64,000 nucleotides of DNA from Flavobacteriales bacterium. Its GTDB lineage: Bacteria; Bacteroidota; Bacteroidia; Flavobacteriales; BACL11. Positions 8,947-18,244 of the stretch are shown one piece after another; the stretch's first letter is position 1; each line of letters begins with the position of its first letter. The notes under the pieces were generated by a model. The model was not told the origin of the DNA. It did not search any database and saw nothing but the letters and a program-made list of their open reading frames with translations. A program made the position numbers and the translations under genes. The stretch spans positions 450,134-514,133 of the forward strand of contig PAUF01000007.1 of assembly GCA_002712715.1 (NCBI GenBank), written 5' to 3'.

Positions 8947-10476
8947 ATGAAATTTGAACTTGTAATTGATTCGAAAAAATCAGAAGTAATTATTGCGTTA
9001 TTAAAGGAGGGCAGGTTAATTGAACTTCATAAAGAACAGAGAAATAATGATTACTGCGTTGGAGACATATATCTAGGAAAAGTTAGAAAAATTGTTCCTG
9101 GACTTAATGCTTCGTTTGTTAATGTAGGATATGAAAAAGACGGATTTCTGCACTATTTAGACCTTGGGTCACAAATTAATTCATTTAAAAAGTTTACTGA
9201 AAAAACACTAGCAAAAAAACTAAATACTGCTTCTCTAAAAAACTTCAAAAAAGAAAAGGACACTAATAAAGAAGGTGATATAAAAAATGTATTAAAAGGA
9301 GGGGACCAAATATTAGTGCAGGTTACTAAAGAACCTATATCTTCCAAAGGGCCTAGATTATCTACTGAATTATCAATAGCTGGAAGGTATATGGTATTAC
9401 TTCCCTTTTCTGAAAGAGTATCAATTTCTCAAAAAATAAAAAGTAGAACAGAAAGATCTCGATTAAAAAACCTTATACAAAGTATTAAGCCTGAGGGATT
9501 TGGAGTAATAATAAGAACCGTAGCAGAAAAGAAAAAAGTTGCAGATTTAGATAAAGATCTAAAAAATCTATATAGGAAATGGCAATCTATTTATAAGAAT
9601 ACTAAAATCTCAAAACCCAAAACTAGAGTACATAGTGAGCTAAGAAGAACATCTGCAATAATTAGAGACCTGTTGACTTCGGAATTTAATAAAATACATG
9701 TGAATGATGCAGATATGTACAATGAAATTAAAGAATATCTTGCTAGAATCTCTCCTAATCAAGAAAACATTGTAAAACTATATAAAAGCGAAATTCCAAT
9801 ATTCCAAAAAATGGAAGTTACGCAACAAATAAAAAGTTCATTTGGAAAGACTGCTAATATGAAGAATGGTACATATCTAGTAATTGAACATACTGAAGCT
9901 TTGCATGTGATAGATGTTAATAGTGGCAAAAAAGTAGACTCAAACAAAGATCAAGAAGAAAACGCATTACTAGTTAATCTTATTGCGGTTGAAGAAGTAT
10001 CTAGACAACTAAGACTTAGAGATATGGGTGGAATAATTATTGTTGACTTCATTGATCAAAAAAATGCTAAAAACCGAAAAATCATTTATGAAAAAATGGT
10101 GGAATATATGAAGTCGGACAAAGCTAAACATCACATCCTTCCTTTAACAAAGTTTGGATTAATGCAAATCACAAGACAAAGAGTTAGGCCGGAAATGAAT
10201 ATAGATACAATGGAGAGTTGTCCAATGTGTGCAGGGAAAGGTAAAATTGATTCCAGTCTTATTTTAATAGAAACTATTGAAAATAAAATTCTGGAAATTT
10301 CAAAAAAGAAAAAAGGTATTATAAAAATTGCAACTCATCCATTTATAGCTTCCCATATAAATAAAGGTTGGTTTTTCTCCTCAATAAGGCATAAGTGGGC
10401 TAGACAATATGGCAGAAAAATCATTATTAAAGGTGATGAACGATTACATCTATTACAGTATAGTATTGTTAAGTAG
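8947..10476 (+). CDS. rng: ribonuclease E/G family protein (RNase G)
   Basis: N-terminal S1 domain (...GDIYLGKVRKIVPGLNASFVNVG...), catalytic region ...ALHVIDVNSGK... and ...GGIIIVDFID.... At 509 aa it is RNase G sized. Confidence 0.9.
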   Translation: MKFELVIDSKKSEVIIALLKEGRLIELHKEQRNNDYCVGDIYLGKVRKIVPGLNASFVNVGYEKDGFLHYLDLGSQINSFKKFTEKTLAKKLNTASLKNFKKEKDTNKEGDIKNVLKGGDQILVQVTKEPISSKGPRLSTELSIAGRYMVLLPFSERVSISQKIKSRTERSRLKNLIQSIKPEGFGVIIRTVAEKKKVADLDKDLKNLYRKWQSIYKNTKISKPKTRVHSELRRTSAIIRDLLTSEFNKIHVNDADMYNEIKEYLARISPNQENIVKLYKSEIPIFQKMEVTQQIKSSFGKTANMKNGTYLVIEHTEALHVIDVNSGKKVDSNKDQEENALLVNLIAVEEVSRQLRLRDMGGIIIVDFIDQKNAKNRKIIYEKMVEYMKSDKAKHHILPLTKFGLMQITRQRVRPEMNIDTMESCPMCAGKGKIDSSLILIETIENKILEISKKKKGIIKIATHPFIASHINKGWFFSSIRHKWARQYGRKIIIKGDERLHLLQYSIVK

Positions 10477-11707
10477 ATTTTTTTTTCGACAAGTACGCCC
10501 TAAACAACAAAATTGATGATATTATTAAAAGTATCGCTCCTAAAGCATAACCAAATCTAACATTATCACCACTTTCAAAAAATGTTGTTGACAATATATA
10601 TATCAATATCATTCTAATAACGATATTTATGGAACTAAACACGCTAGTTGCTCTTCCAATTATATTATTCGGTATCTTTTTAAATAAGTAAGTAGTACGC
10701 AAAATTCTAACGCCAGCATTAGTCAAACCTAATAATAAGTTTACAAGACAGAATAGAAATAAACTTTTAAATAAAGTTATGGATATAAATGATATGGAAA
10801 TAACTAACATAAGAATGATAATACTTATATAATAATTATATTTTCTAAAGAATCTATATACAACTAAACCAGCGATTATTGCTCCTATAGAATAAAAAAA
10901 TTCTGATGACGCGTAAACACACGCACCGCCCTCTAAAAACCTAGCAACATAAGCAGGTAATAATATATGAATATTAACTAATGTAAATGCAAATAACATA
11001 TAACTTAAAAAACCAAAGTAAAAAATATCATTGTTTTTCTTTAAATAATTAATCCCGATTTTTAATCTTTTAACAATTGAACCATGGTGGATATCATTCT
11101 TACTTACTGGCACATACTTAATAAAAAGAAATAAAATTAATCCGATGAAATAAGAAATAGCATCCATTAAAAATATCTCCTGGATTGACCAAGGATTAAT
11201 TTCGAATGGTAAATTAAAATCACATTTACCTCCCAACAAAATTGCAGCAAAAGCTCCAGCAAACATAGATGTTACTTGACCTTGAACCTCAATATAGGAA
11301 TTAATTCTACCATAATCTTTTTGATCAGAAATTTCTTGAGCAAAAGCGTAAAGATTAGGATAATGTATATTATAATTAAAAATGGTTAATCCAAATACTA
11401 ATAATACGAGATAATCTGGCATGAAATATAGATCTCCAAATACTGCAACTGCCATGATGATTAATCCGCAAACTAAATTATTATAAATGAAAATTTTTTT
11501 TCTAGAAAATCTATCAATTATCGTCCCACAATACAATCCCCAAAACAATACTAAAAAGGTTAAAATAAGATAAAAATCTTTAAATTTTTGAGAATTACCC
11601 AATTCAAATTCAAAATACCAAGGTATCGCAATCATACTTATCCCCTGAGCAAAACCAGAAATAATATTTGAAGCAAATAACAAGTAAATAGCACTACTAT
11701 TCTTCAT
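10469..11707 (-). CDS. MFS transporter
   Basis: 412 aa with about 12 TM segments, and the motif ...IDRFSRKK... after TM2, typical of the MFS loop 2-3 motif. Confidence 0.75.
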   Translation of the reverse strand: MKNSSAIYLLFASNIISGFAQGISMIAIPWYFEFELGNSQKFKDFYLILTFLVLFWGLYCGTIIDRFSRKKIFIYNNLVCGLIIMAVAVFGDLYFMPDYLVLLVFGLTIFNYNIHYPNLYAFAQEISDQKDYGRINSYIEVQGQVTSMFAGAFAAILLGGKCDFNLPFEINPWSIQEIFLMDAISYFIGLILFLFIKYVPVSKNDIHHGSIVKRLKIGINYLKKNNDIFYFGFLSYMLFAFTLVNIHILLPAYVARFLEGGACVYASSEFFYSIGAIIAGLVVYRFFRKYNYYISIIILMLVISISFISITLFKSLFLFCLVNLLLGLTNAGVRILRTTYLFKKIPNNIIGRATSVFSSINIVIRMILIYILSTTFFESGDNVRFGYALGAILLIISSILLFRAYLSKKKST

Positions 11708-11711
11708 TTAG

Positions 11712-11719
11712 CAAAAATA
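11712..11719 (-). promoter_or_regulatory. -7 box TATTTTTG, exactly 4 nt upstream of the MFS ATG (predicted leaderless)
   Basis: The minus strand reads TATTTTTG-CTAA-ATG. Confidence 0.5.
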
Positions 11720-11740
11720 CTATTATATATAATAAATCAT

Positions 11741-11748
11741 TAGTTTTG
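11741..11748 (+). promoter_or_regulatory. -7 box TAGTTTTG, exactly 4 nt upstream of the recX ATG (predicted leaderless)
   Basis: The plus strand reads TAGTTTTG-ACAA-ATG. Confidence 0.5.
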
Positions 11749-11752
11749 ACAA

Positions 11753-12193
11753 ATGGATGACATATTGAAATACATATTTAATTTTTGTGCTACTCAAGAA
11801 AGATGTAAAAGTGATGTCATAAAAAAACTTACTAAAAAAGGGGTCAATAAAGATCAAATGCAAAAAATCATAAATCAACTTATTGACAATGATTTTATAA
11901 ATGAAAAGAGATATTCTGAGATATTTAGCAGAGGGAAGTTTAGGATAAATAAATGGGGGAAAATAAAAATTTCGCATCACTTAAAAATGAAGAACGTTTC
12001 AGAAAATGATATTAAATTTGGTGTTGATAAAATTGACTCTACTGATTATGAAAACTGCATTAATGAAATTATTAGTAAGAGAAAGATCACAACTGATAAA
12101 GAATATGAAAATAAAATGAAGATTATTCAATACCTGCAGCAAAAAGGATTTGAATATGACTTGATTTGGAAGATAATTAATAAACATTATTAA
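11753..12193 (+). CDS. recX: recombination regulator RecX
   Basis: 146 aa. ...FCATQERCKSDVIKKL...GFINEKRYSE.F.RGK... is the three-helix-repeat RecX pattern. Confidence 0.8.
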   Translation: MDDILKYIFNFCATQERCKSDVIKKLTKKGVNKDQMQKIINQLIDNDFINEKRYSEIFSRGKFRINKWGKIKISHHLKMKNVSENDIKFGVDKIDSTDYENCINEIISKRKITTDKEYENKMKIIQYLQQKGFEYDLIWKIINKHY

Positions 12194-12194
12194 C

Positions 12195-12202
12195 TATATT
12201 TG
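12195..12202 (+). promoter_or_regulatory. -7 box TATATTTG, exactly 4 nt upstream of the prfB ATG (predicted leaderless)
   Basis: The plus strand reads TATATTTG-ATTC-ATG and starts 2 nt after the recX stop codon. Confidence 0.5.
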
Positions 12203-12206
12203 ATTC

Positions 12207-13301
12207 ATGATAAATGAAGAAAATATTTTAGATCTAAAAAATAGATTAAATTCACTATATAATTACCTTGAAATCTCTAACAAAAAAGGAGAAATAAAAC
12301 TATTAGAAATAGACACTCAAAAGGATAATTTTTGGGATACCCCTAAATCTGCAGAAAAAAAACTAAAAGAGATAAATCAAATAAAAATATGGACTCAACT
12401 TTATGAAAAAAACCAACGTCTAATTGAAGACCTGACTGTGATGCACGAATTTTATAAACAAAATGAATGTGAAGAATTAGAGTTGAACAGTATTTATGAA
12501 GAATGTCTTAAATCAATAGAAGACTTCGAATTTAAAAACATGCTTAGTGCAAAAGAAGATAACATGTCAGCAATTTTAACTATTAATCCAGGTGCTGGAG
12601 GTACAGAAAGCCAGGATTGGGCGGAAATGATAATGAGAATGTATTTAATGTGGGGAGAGAAAAATAAATACAAAGTAAAACAAATTGATTTGCAAAAAGC
12701 CGAACCCGCAGGTATAAAATCTGCAACTTTAGAATTTGAAGGTGAATTTGCCTATGGTAATTTAAAAAGCGAAAATGGTGTTCATCGGTTAGTCAGAATT
12801 TCTCCATTTGACTCTAATGCAAAACGGCATACTTCATTCGCTTCAGTTTTTGTATATCCTTTAGCTGATGAAACAATAAATATTGTAATTGATCCTTCCG
12901 AAATAAGCTGGGATACATTTAGGTCAAGCGGAGCCGGTGGCCAAGGAGTAAATAAAATAGAATCAGCTGTAAGATTAAAACATGAACCTTCAGGAATTAT
13001 TATTGAAAATTCTGAAACCAGATCCCAGCTTGAAAATAAAGAAAAAGCAATGAGACTTTTAAAATCTCAACTTTATGAATTAGAACTTAGGAAATTACAA
13101 GAAGAAAAAAATAAAATAGAAGGAAATAAGAAGAAAATTGAATGGGGATCACAAATTAGAAACTATGTACTTCACCCATATAAAATGGTTAAAGACTTAA
13201 GAACAAATTACGAATCCAGCAATCCAGAATCTGTCTTAAATGGAGATATAAATCCATTTATAAGAGAATTTCTCATGCAATTTGGAAAAAATTATCAATA
13301 A
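12207..13301 (+). CDS. prfB: peptide chain release factor 2, uninterrupted (no programmed +1 frameshift)
   Basis: SPF tripeptide (RISPFDSNAKRHTSF), GGQ motif (SSGAGGQGVNK), 364 aa in one frame. Codons 20-22 are TAC CTT GAA (Y L E) where frameshifted prfB genes carry CTT TGA. Confidence 0.95.
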   Translation: MINEENILDLKNRLNSLYNYLEISNKKGEIKLLEIDTQKDNFWDTPKSAEKKLKEINQIKIWTQLYEKNQRLIEDLTVMHEFYKQNECEELELNSIYEECLKSIEDFEFKNMLSAKEDNMSAILTINPGAGGTESQDWAEMIMRMYLMWGEKNKYKVKQIDLQKAEPAGIKSATLEFEGEFAYGNLKSENGVHRLVRISPFDSNAKRHTSFASVFVYPLADETINIVIDPSEISWDTFRSSGAGGQGVNKIESAVRLKHEPSGIIIENSETRSQLENKEKAMRLLKSQLYELELRKLQEEKNKIEGNKKKIEWGSQIRNYVLHPYKMVKDLRTNYESSNPESVLNGDINPFIREFLMQFGKNYQ

Positions 13302-13660
13302 TGAAAATCATACATAATCCGAGATGTAGGAAAAGCAGGGAAACCTTAGATTTGATTATATCTAATACTAATAAAGTGGAAATAATTGAATATTTAAAGA
13401 ATCCATTAACTGCTAAAGAAATTGAAGATATTGTTAATTTACTAAAAATAGAACCTGAAAAATTAATTAGAAAGAATGAGGTGTATTATAAAGAAATAAT
13501 GAAAGGAAAAAAATTTAACAGAGATGAAATATTAGATATATTATCAAAACAACCTAAACTAATTGAAAGACCTATTGTCTTTAGCAAAAATAAAGCGATT
13601 ATATGTAGGCCTCCAGAAAAAGTTTTACAATTTTTTAATCAGGAATCTGATCATTATTAA
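13301..13660 (+). CDS. ArsC/Spx/YffB-family protein (arsenate-reductase-like fold)
   Basis: MKIIHNPRCRKSRETLDLI... with the conserved N-terminal Cys, and ...PKLIERPIV... near the C-terminus. Length is 119 aa. Confidence 0.8.
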   Translation: MKIIHNPRCRKSRETLDLIISNTNKVEIIEYLKNPLTAKEIEDIVNLLKIEPEKLIRKNEVYYKEIMKGKKFNRDEILDILSKQPKLIERPIVFSKNKAIICRPPEKVLQFFNQESDHY

Positions 13661-13778
13661 GCTTGCCTTCTCTAAACCACACGTAAATAAAATATGGAAT
13701 TACAGAAGCAAGAAATAGAATACACCAAAATGCCATTAGAAAAACAAATACAAAGATTAAGAAGCCTATAAATTTCAT
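13635..13778 (-). CDS. possible 47-aa single-pass hydrophobic peptide
   Basis: Not in the ORF track. Minus-strand ATG at 13778 gives MKFIGFLIFVFVFLMAFWCILFLASVIPYFIYVWFREGKLNNDQIPD. It occupies an otherwise empty 187-bp gap and overlaps the arsC-family 3' end by 26 nt. I found no promoter box. Confidence 0.25.
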   Translation of the reverse strand: MKFIGFLIFVFVFLMAFWCILFLASVIPYFIYVWFREGKLNNDQIPD

Positions 13779-13847
13779 AATTAGTAATTTAGCTTTAACT
13801 TATATGCAAAGAAACAATAAGAATTTACAATATCAAAATATTCAACT

Positions 13848-15233
13848 ATGAAATATAGAATCGAAAAAGATACAATGGGTGAAGTTAAAATACCTAAAGA
13901 AAAATACTGGGGAGCTCAAACAGAAAGAAGTAGGAATAATTTTAAAATTGGTCCAAAATCTTCAATGCCTATTGAAATCATCTATGGATATGCTTATCTA
14001 AAAAAAGCGGCTGCACATGCAAATGCAAAACTTGGTGTATTATCAGAAGAAAAAAAACAATTAATATCAAAGGTATGTGATGAGATTATAAGTAAGAAAC
14101 ATGATGAAGAATTCCCATTAGTTGTTTGGCAAACTGGTAGCGGCACACAAACAAATATGAATGTTAATGAAGTAATTGCTAATAGAGCTCATGTATTAAA
14201 TGGGGGTAAACTTTCGGATAAATATAAATGTATTCATCCAAATGACGATGTAAACAAATCTCAAAGTTCAAATGACACCTTTCCAACAGCAATGCATATT
14301 GCCACATATTTAACTATTGTTAAAAAAACTATCCCTAGTATCAAAAAATTAAAAGAAACATTAAAGAAAAAATCAATAGAATTTTCTGATATAATAAAAA
14401 TTGGAAGAACTCACTTAATGGATGCTACCCCTATTAGACTTGGTCAAGAAATATCAGCTTATGTTTCACAATTAGAATTTGGACTGAAGGCTCTTAAGAA
14501 CACATTAGCGCATTTATCTGAAATCGCTTTAGGAGGAACTGCTGTTGGTACTGGAATAAATACACCGAAAGGTTATAGTTCGTTAGTAGCAGAGTTAATT
14601 TCGGAATTCACTAAATATGAATTTAAAAGTGCAATAAATAAATTTGAAGCTATCTCTTCTCATGATGCAATTGTTGAAACTCATGGAGCAATAAAACAAT
14701 TAGCAGTTTCTCTAAATAAAATAGCTAATGATATACGCCTGTTAGCTTCTGGGCCTAGAAGTGGTATTGGAGAAATTTTAATACCAGAAAATGAGCCAGG
14801 ATCATCAATAATGCCAGGAAAGGTTAACCCAACTCAAGCTGAAGCATTAACTATGGTATGTGCTCAAATAATAGGTAATGATACCGCTATTTCAATAGCG
14901 GGTAGTCAAGGTCACTATCAGTTAAACGTATTTAAACCAATAATGGCTAAAAATATAATTGAATCGTCACTTTTACTATCAGATGCATGTAGTTCATTTG
15001 ATTCTAACTGTGCAATTGGCATTGAACCAAACATGAAAAATATTGAAAAGAACCTCAATAATTCTTTAATGCTTATTACTGCCCTGAATACAAAAATAGG
15101 ATACGAAAAATCTGCAGAAATTGCAAAATCAGCACATTATAACGGAACGACAATTAAAGAAGAAGCTTTAAAATCCAAGTACGTAACAGAAGATGAATTT
15201 AATAAATGGGTAGACCCTTCAAAGATGTGCTAA
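13848..15233 (+). CDS. fumC: class II fumarate hydratase
   Basis: [28 protein letters not shown] at the N-terminus, and the fumarate lyase signature [13 protein letters not shown]. Length is 461 aa. Confidence 0.97.
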   Translation: MKYRIEKDTMGEVKIPKEKYWGAQTERSRNNFKIGPKSSMPIEIIYGYAYLKKAAAHANAKLGVLSEEKKQLISKVCDEIISKKHDEEFPLVVWQTGSGTQTNMNVNEVIANRAHVLNGGKLSDKYKCIHPNDDVNKSQSSNDTFPTAMHIATYLTIVKKTIPSIKKLKETLKKKSIEFSDIIKIGRTHLMDATPIRLGQEISAYVSQLEFGLKALKNTLAHLSEIALGGTAVGTGINTPKGYSSLVAELISEFTKYEFKSAINKFEAISSHDAIVETHGAIKQLAVSLNKIANDIRLLASGPRSGIGEILIPENEPGSSIMPGKVNPTQAEALTMVCAQIIGNDTAISIAGSQGHYQLNVFKPIMAKNIIESSLLLSDACSSFDSNCAIGIEPNMKNIEKNLNNSLMLITALNTKIGYEKSAEIAKSAHYNGTTIKEEALKSKYVTEDEFNKWVDPSKMC

Positions 15234-15234
15234 T

Positions 15235-15441
15235 CTATTTCATACAGTTAAGTAGATCCATAGCCCATTGTTGAGCCTCAGAGTCTGATAATCCTTCTGC
15301 ATATTCAGCACATTCTTTAATTTTATCATAATTCAATTCTTGAGAAGCTTTTGCGCAGTCACAAGCAGACATTCCACCACCACAACTAAATAAAAACACA
15401 CTACTCATTAATACAGCTACTACAAAATTTATTTTTTTCAT
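15235..15441 (-). CDS. small Cys-rich lipoprotein, unknown function
   Basis: 68 aa. Signal peptide plus lipobox (VFLFSCGGG). Five further Cys in the mature part. Confidence 0.5.
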   Translation of the reverse strand: MKKINFVVAVLMSSVFLFSCGGGMSACDCAKASQELNYDKIKECAEYAEGLSDSEAQQWAMDLLNCMK

Positions 15442-15476
15442 AATTAAAATATTTAAATAAAGTTAATAAAATAAAT

Positions 15477-15501
15477 AAGGGTCATGTTTTACATGACCCT
15501 T
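15477..15501 (-). terminator. rho-independent terminator after the 15511..16233 membrane protein gene
   Basis: Perfect inverted repeat AAGGGTCATGT / ACATGACCCTT with a 3-nt loop. On the minus-strand RNA it is followed by AUUUAUUUUAUU. Confidence 0.75.
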
Positions 15502-15510
15502 ATAAAAAAT

Positions 15511-16233
15511 TTACTTTTGGTCCTCCATAAATTTCTGATCTCCAGGTATCTCTCTTCTTCTAATTGCAATTGGAATAGCGAATTTTGGCAACCATTTAAT
15601 CCAAACTCTTACTAATCTACATGCAAACGCATATACTTCTAACGCTATATATGTTCCAACTAAAACTAAGACCGCTCCTACTATACCCATAACAGGACCT
15701 GCAACAAGCATCTCTACAAAATAGTCATAACCAATAGAACCAACCATTACTGGACCTTCAACTATCTGCATTAAAGGAAAATATACAACCGAACCTATTA
15801 GCTCACCTATCAAACTTAATAGTCCGTAAGCTAATAACATAATACTAGCAACTTCTCCGACAGTAACTATTAATGTAGGAGCTACTTTCATATAAAGGTA
15901 TTCAAGTAAACCGGTGTACTCTTTTTCTCCGAGTTGCACCGCTCTTTTCCAAATAACCATAAAAGAAAAATAAGTTACTGCTAATGTTGCAGCAAATCCA
16001 ATTAAGAAACCTAATACGCCTGTAATTTTCCAGATAACATTAAAATCAGGAGTAAATAAGCTCATAAAAAATCCACTATCTCCAAACATACCTAATACAG
16101 TAAACAATACGCCTCCTAATAAAAATAAAAAAGACAGTAGCTTCAGAAGAGAAACAATAATAGTTTCAAAAATTTTTCCATCATCTATTTTATTCAACAA
16201 ACTCTGGACATGGTCTTGTAACGGCAAATTCAT
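15511..16233 (-). CDS. integral membrane protein, unknown function
   Basis: About 6 hydrophobic segments and no motif I recognise. I prefer the ATG at 16233 (MNLPLQDH...) over the track's TTG at 16263, because a -7 box overlaps that TTG. Confidence 0.55.
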   Translation of the reverse strand: MNLPLQDHVQSLLNKIDDGKIFETIIVSLLKLLSFLFLLGGVLFTVLGMFGDSGFFMSLFTPDFNVIWKITGVLGFLIGFAATLAVTYFSFMVIWKRAVQLGEKEYTGLLEYLYMKVAPTLIVTVGEVASIMLLAYGLLSLIGELIGSVVYFPLMQIVEGPVMVGSIGYDYFVEMLVAGPVMGIVGAVLVLVGTYIALEVYAFACRLVRVWIKWLPKFAIPIAIRRREIPGDQKFMEDQK

Positions 16234-16260
16234 AATATTTCTTGTTTTGATTAATAATTT

Positions 16261-16268
16261 CAAATGTA
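16261..16268 (-). promoter_or_regulatory. -7 box TACATTTG, 27 nt upstream of the ATG at 16233
   Basis: Exact TAnnTTTG match on the minus strand. Confidence 0.4.
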
Positions 16269-16321
16269 AATAAAAAGAATTAAATAAAGGTTTGTATTTT
16301 CAATAAAATAATTAACAAGTT

Positions 16322-17407
16322 CTAAACATATTCTTCACCATATTGTAAACTCAGGTCTTTAACTATATCCTTAACATTTTGTTCGTCTTGTTTCTTACAA
16401 ATTAACAACACTTTATCTGTTTCCACTACAATATAACCATCTAAACCTTGAATAACACATAATTTATCTCTAGAGACACGTACAATATTATTAACTGAAT
16501 CATAAAAGTGAATAGATTTTGAAGTTTGAGAATTATTATTTACATCTTTTTCTATATGATTAGATAGAGATCCCCATGTACCTATATCACTCCAACCAAA
16601 TTTAGATGGACACACATATACGTCCATACTTTTTTCTAAAACACCATAATCAATACTAATATTTTTACACATCGGAAATACTCTATCAATAAATTTAGAC
16701 TCATTATTAGTATTATAAAGATCAATACCTTCATGAAAAATCTCATGCATATCCGATAAATAATATTTTATTGCACTTATTATAGATTTTGCCTTCCAAA
16801 TAAAAATACCAGAATTCCAAAGAAAATCTCCACTTGAAATAAACTGAATAGCAGTTTTTCTATCTGGCTTTTCTGTAAAAGTTTTAACTTTTCTAATTAA
16901 AGACATACCCACGTTTTCTTCTGGTAAATATTGAATATATCCATATCCTGTTTCAGGGCCAGTTGGATTAATACCTAACGTAATTAAAGAATTTTTCTTT
17001 TCAGATTTTTCTAAACATAGCATAATAGTATTTACAAATTCATTTTCATTTAAAATCAAATGATCTGATGGCAATACAATCATTCTAGCGTTATTATCCT
17101 TAGCGAAAATTTTATAACTAGCATAAGCAATACATGGAGCAGTATTTCTCCTAACAGGCTCACACAAAACATTTGACTCATTAATTTCTGGAATTTGAGA
17201 CAGACAAGTAGCCTTATAATCCAAATTAGTTACAATATATATATTATCTACTGGACACACAGATTTAATCCTTCTAAAGGTCTGTTGAATTAACGTTTCA
17301 CCACAACCCATAACGTCTAAAAATTGTTTAGGCATATTCCTAGTGCTCATTGGCCAGAATCTACTCCCTACTCCACCCGCCATTATAACTGCATAATTAC
17401 TATTCAT
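16322..17407 (-). CDS. manC: mannose-1-phosphate guanylyltransferase (GDP-mannose pyrophosphorylase)
   Basis: N-terminus VIMAGGVGSRFWPMS...PKQF and the nucleotidyltransferase fold pattern. At 361 aa it is the short form without an isomerase domain. Confidence 0.85.
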   Translation of the reverse strand: MNSNYAVIMAGGVGSRFWPMSTRNMPKQFLDVMGCGETLIQQTFRRIKSVCPVDNIYIVTNLDYKATCLSQIPEINESNVLCEPVRRNTAPCIAYASYKIFAKDNNARMIVLPSDHLILNENEFVNTIMLCLEKSEKKNSLITLGINPTGPETGYGYIQYLPEENVGMSLIRKVKTFTEKPDRKTAIQFISSGDFLWNSGIFIWKAKSIISAIKYYLSDMHEIFHEGIDLYNTNNESKFIDRVFPMCKNISIDYGVLEKSMDVYVCPSKFGWSDIGTWGSLSNHIEKDVNNNSQTSKSIHFYDSVNNIVRVSRDKLCVIQGLDGYIVVETDKVLLICKKQDEQNVKDIVKDLSLQYGEEYV

Positions 17408-18227
17408 TATTTATAATTTTATAATTAAAAACATCAAACAAATCTATATACTTAACGAAAACAGAATTTATTATTGCTAAATCAGCATTATTAATTCGAG
17501 AAATCTTCTCCTTATTTAGATTCACCATCTTCATTGGTTTTTTAGATTTAAAATTATGAGATGTGAAATTCATGCTAGTATTTAAAAACTTAACTTCTGG
17601 TAAAAAATCTAATATCATACCAACAACCTTATTAGGATTATCGCATAAATCTTCATATGTGAAAAATAGGGTATCTTTACGAACCTTGTTGATTGATTGA
17701 TATTGAAGACATCTAACCGCAAACTCCGCTGCGGATCTAGGGTCTTGATTATTTCTACGCATTATACCCTCTACTTGAGCATATGGATTTCTGACAAAAC
17801 AAATAAATCTTATCGGGTCAAAAACCTCAATAATCCCTTCCACCCTCATGATGTTAGGAATACTTTTATCTAATAACACTTTTTTGGAGACATCCCAATA
17901 CTTCATCCATACTTTTAAAACTTTTGCCCAAGGATACTTTACTGACTCATCCCATCTATTTTTAAGAAACATGAAATCACGCACTCCAGGCAATAACTGA
18001 CCCTCTCTTGTAGCAAGATAATTATTACAACTAACATCAGAAGAAGATGACAATAATTGACTTAGCATAGTAGAACCACAATAAGGAGGACTCAATATAA
18101 AAAGATATATATTATCTTTTTGGACTCTCCAATTTTTTAATTTCCTATGTAATCTAATAAAAAAATAATATGCCGAATAAAAAGTTGGGCGAAAAAATCT
18201 ATCTATCTGATTATTATCCATAGTCAC
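17400..18227 (-). CDS. sulfotransferase-family protein
   Basis: 5'-PSB-like loop ILSPPYCGSTMLSQLL and 3'-PB-like segment FVRNPYAQVEGIMRR. Its 3' end overlaps the manC start by 8 nt. Confidence 0.6.
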   Translation of the reverse strand: MTMDNNQIDRFFRPTFYSAYYFFIRLHRKLKNWRVQKDNIYLFILSPPYCGSTMLSQLLSSSSDVSCNNYLATREGQLLPGVRDFMFLKNRWDESVKYPWAKVLKVWMKYWDVSKKVLLDKSIPNIMRVEGIIEVFDPIRFICFVRNPYAQVEGIMRRNNQDPRSAAEFAVRCLQYQSINKVRKDTLFFTYEDLCDNPNKVVGMILDFLPEVKFLNTSMNFTSHNFKSKKPMKMVNLNKEKISRINNADLAIINSVFVKYIDLFDVFNYKIINNE

Positions 18228-18244
18228 AAATTTATAAAATTTAG

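Noticed and set aside
11723-11980. 85-aa minus-strand ORF overlapping recX.
   Set aside because: It overlaps recX, which has a family-typical sequence and its own -7 box. The antisense product is I/F/Y-rich nonsense typical of AT-rich DNA.
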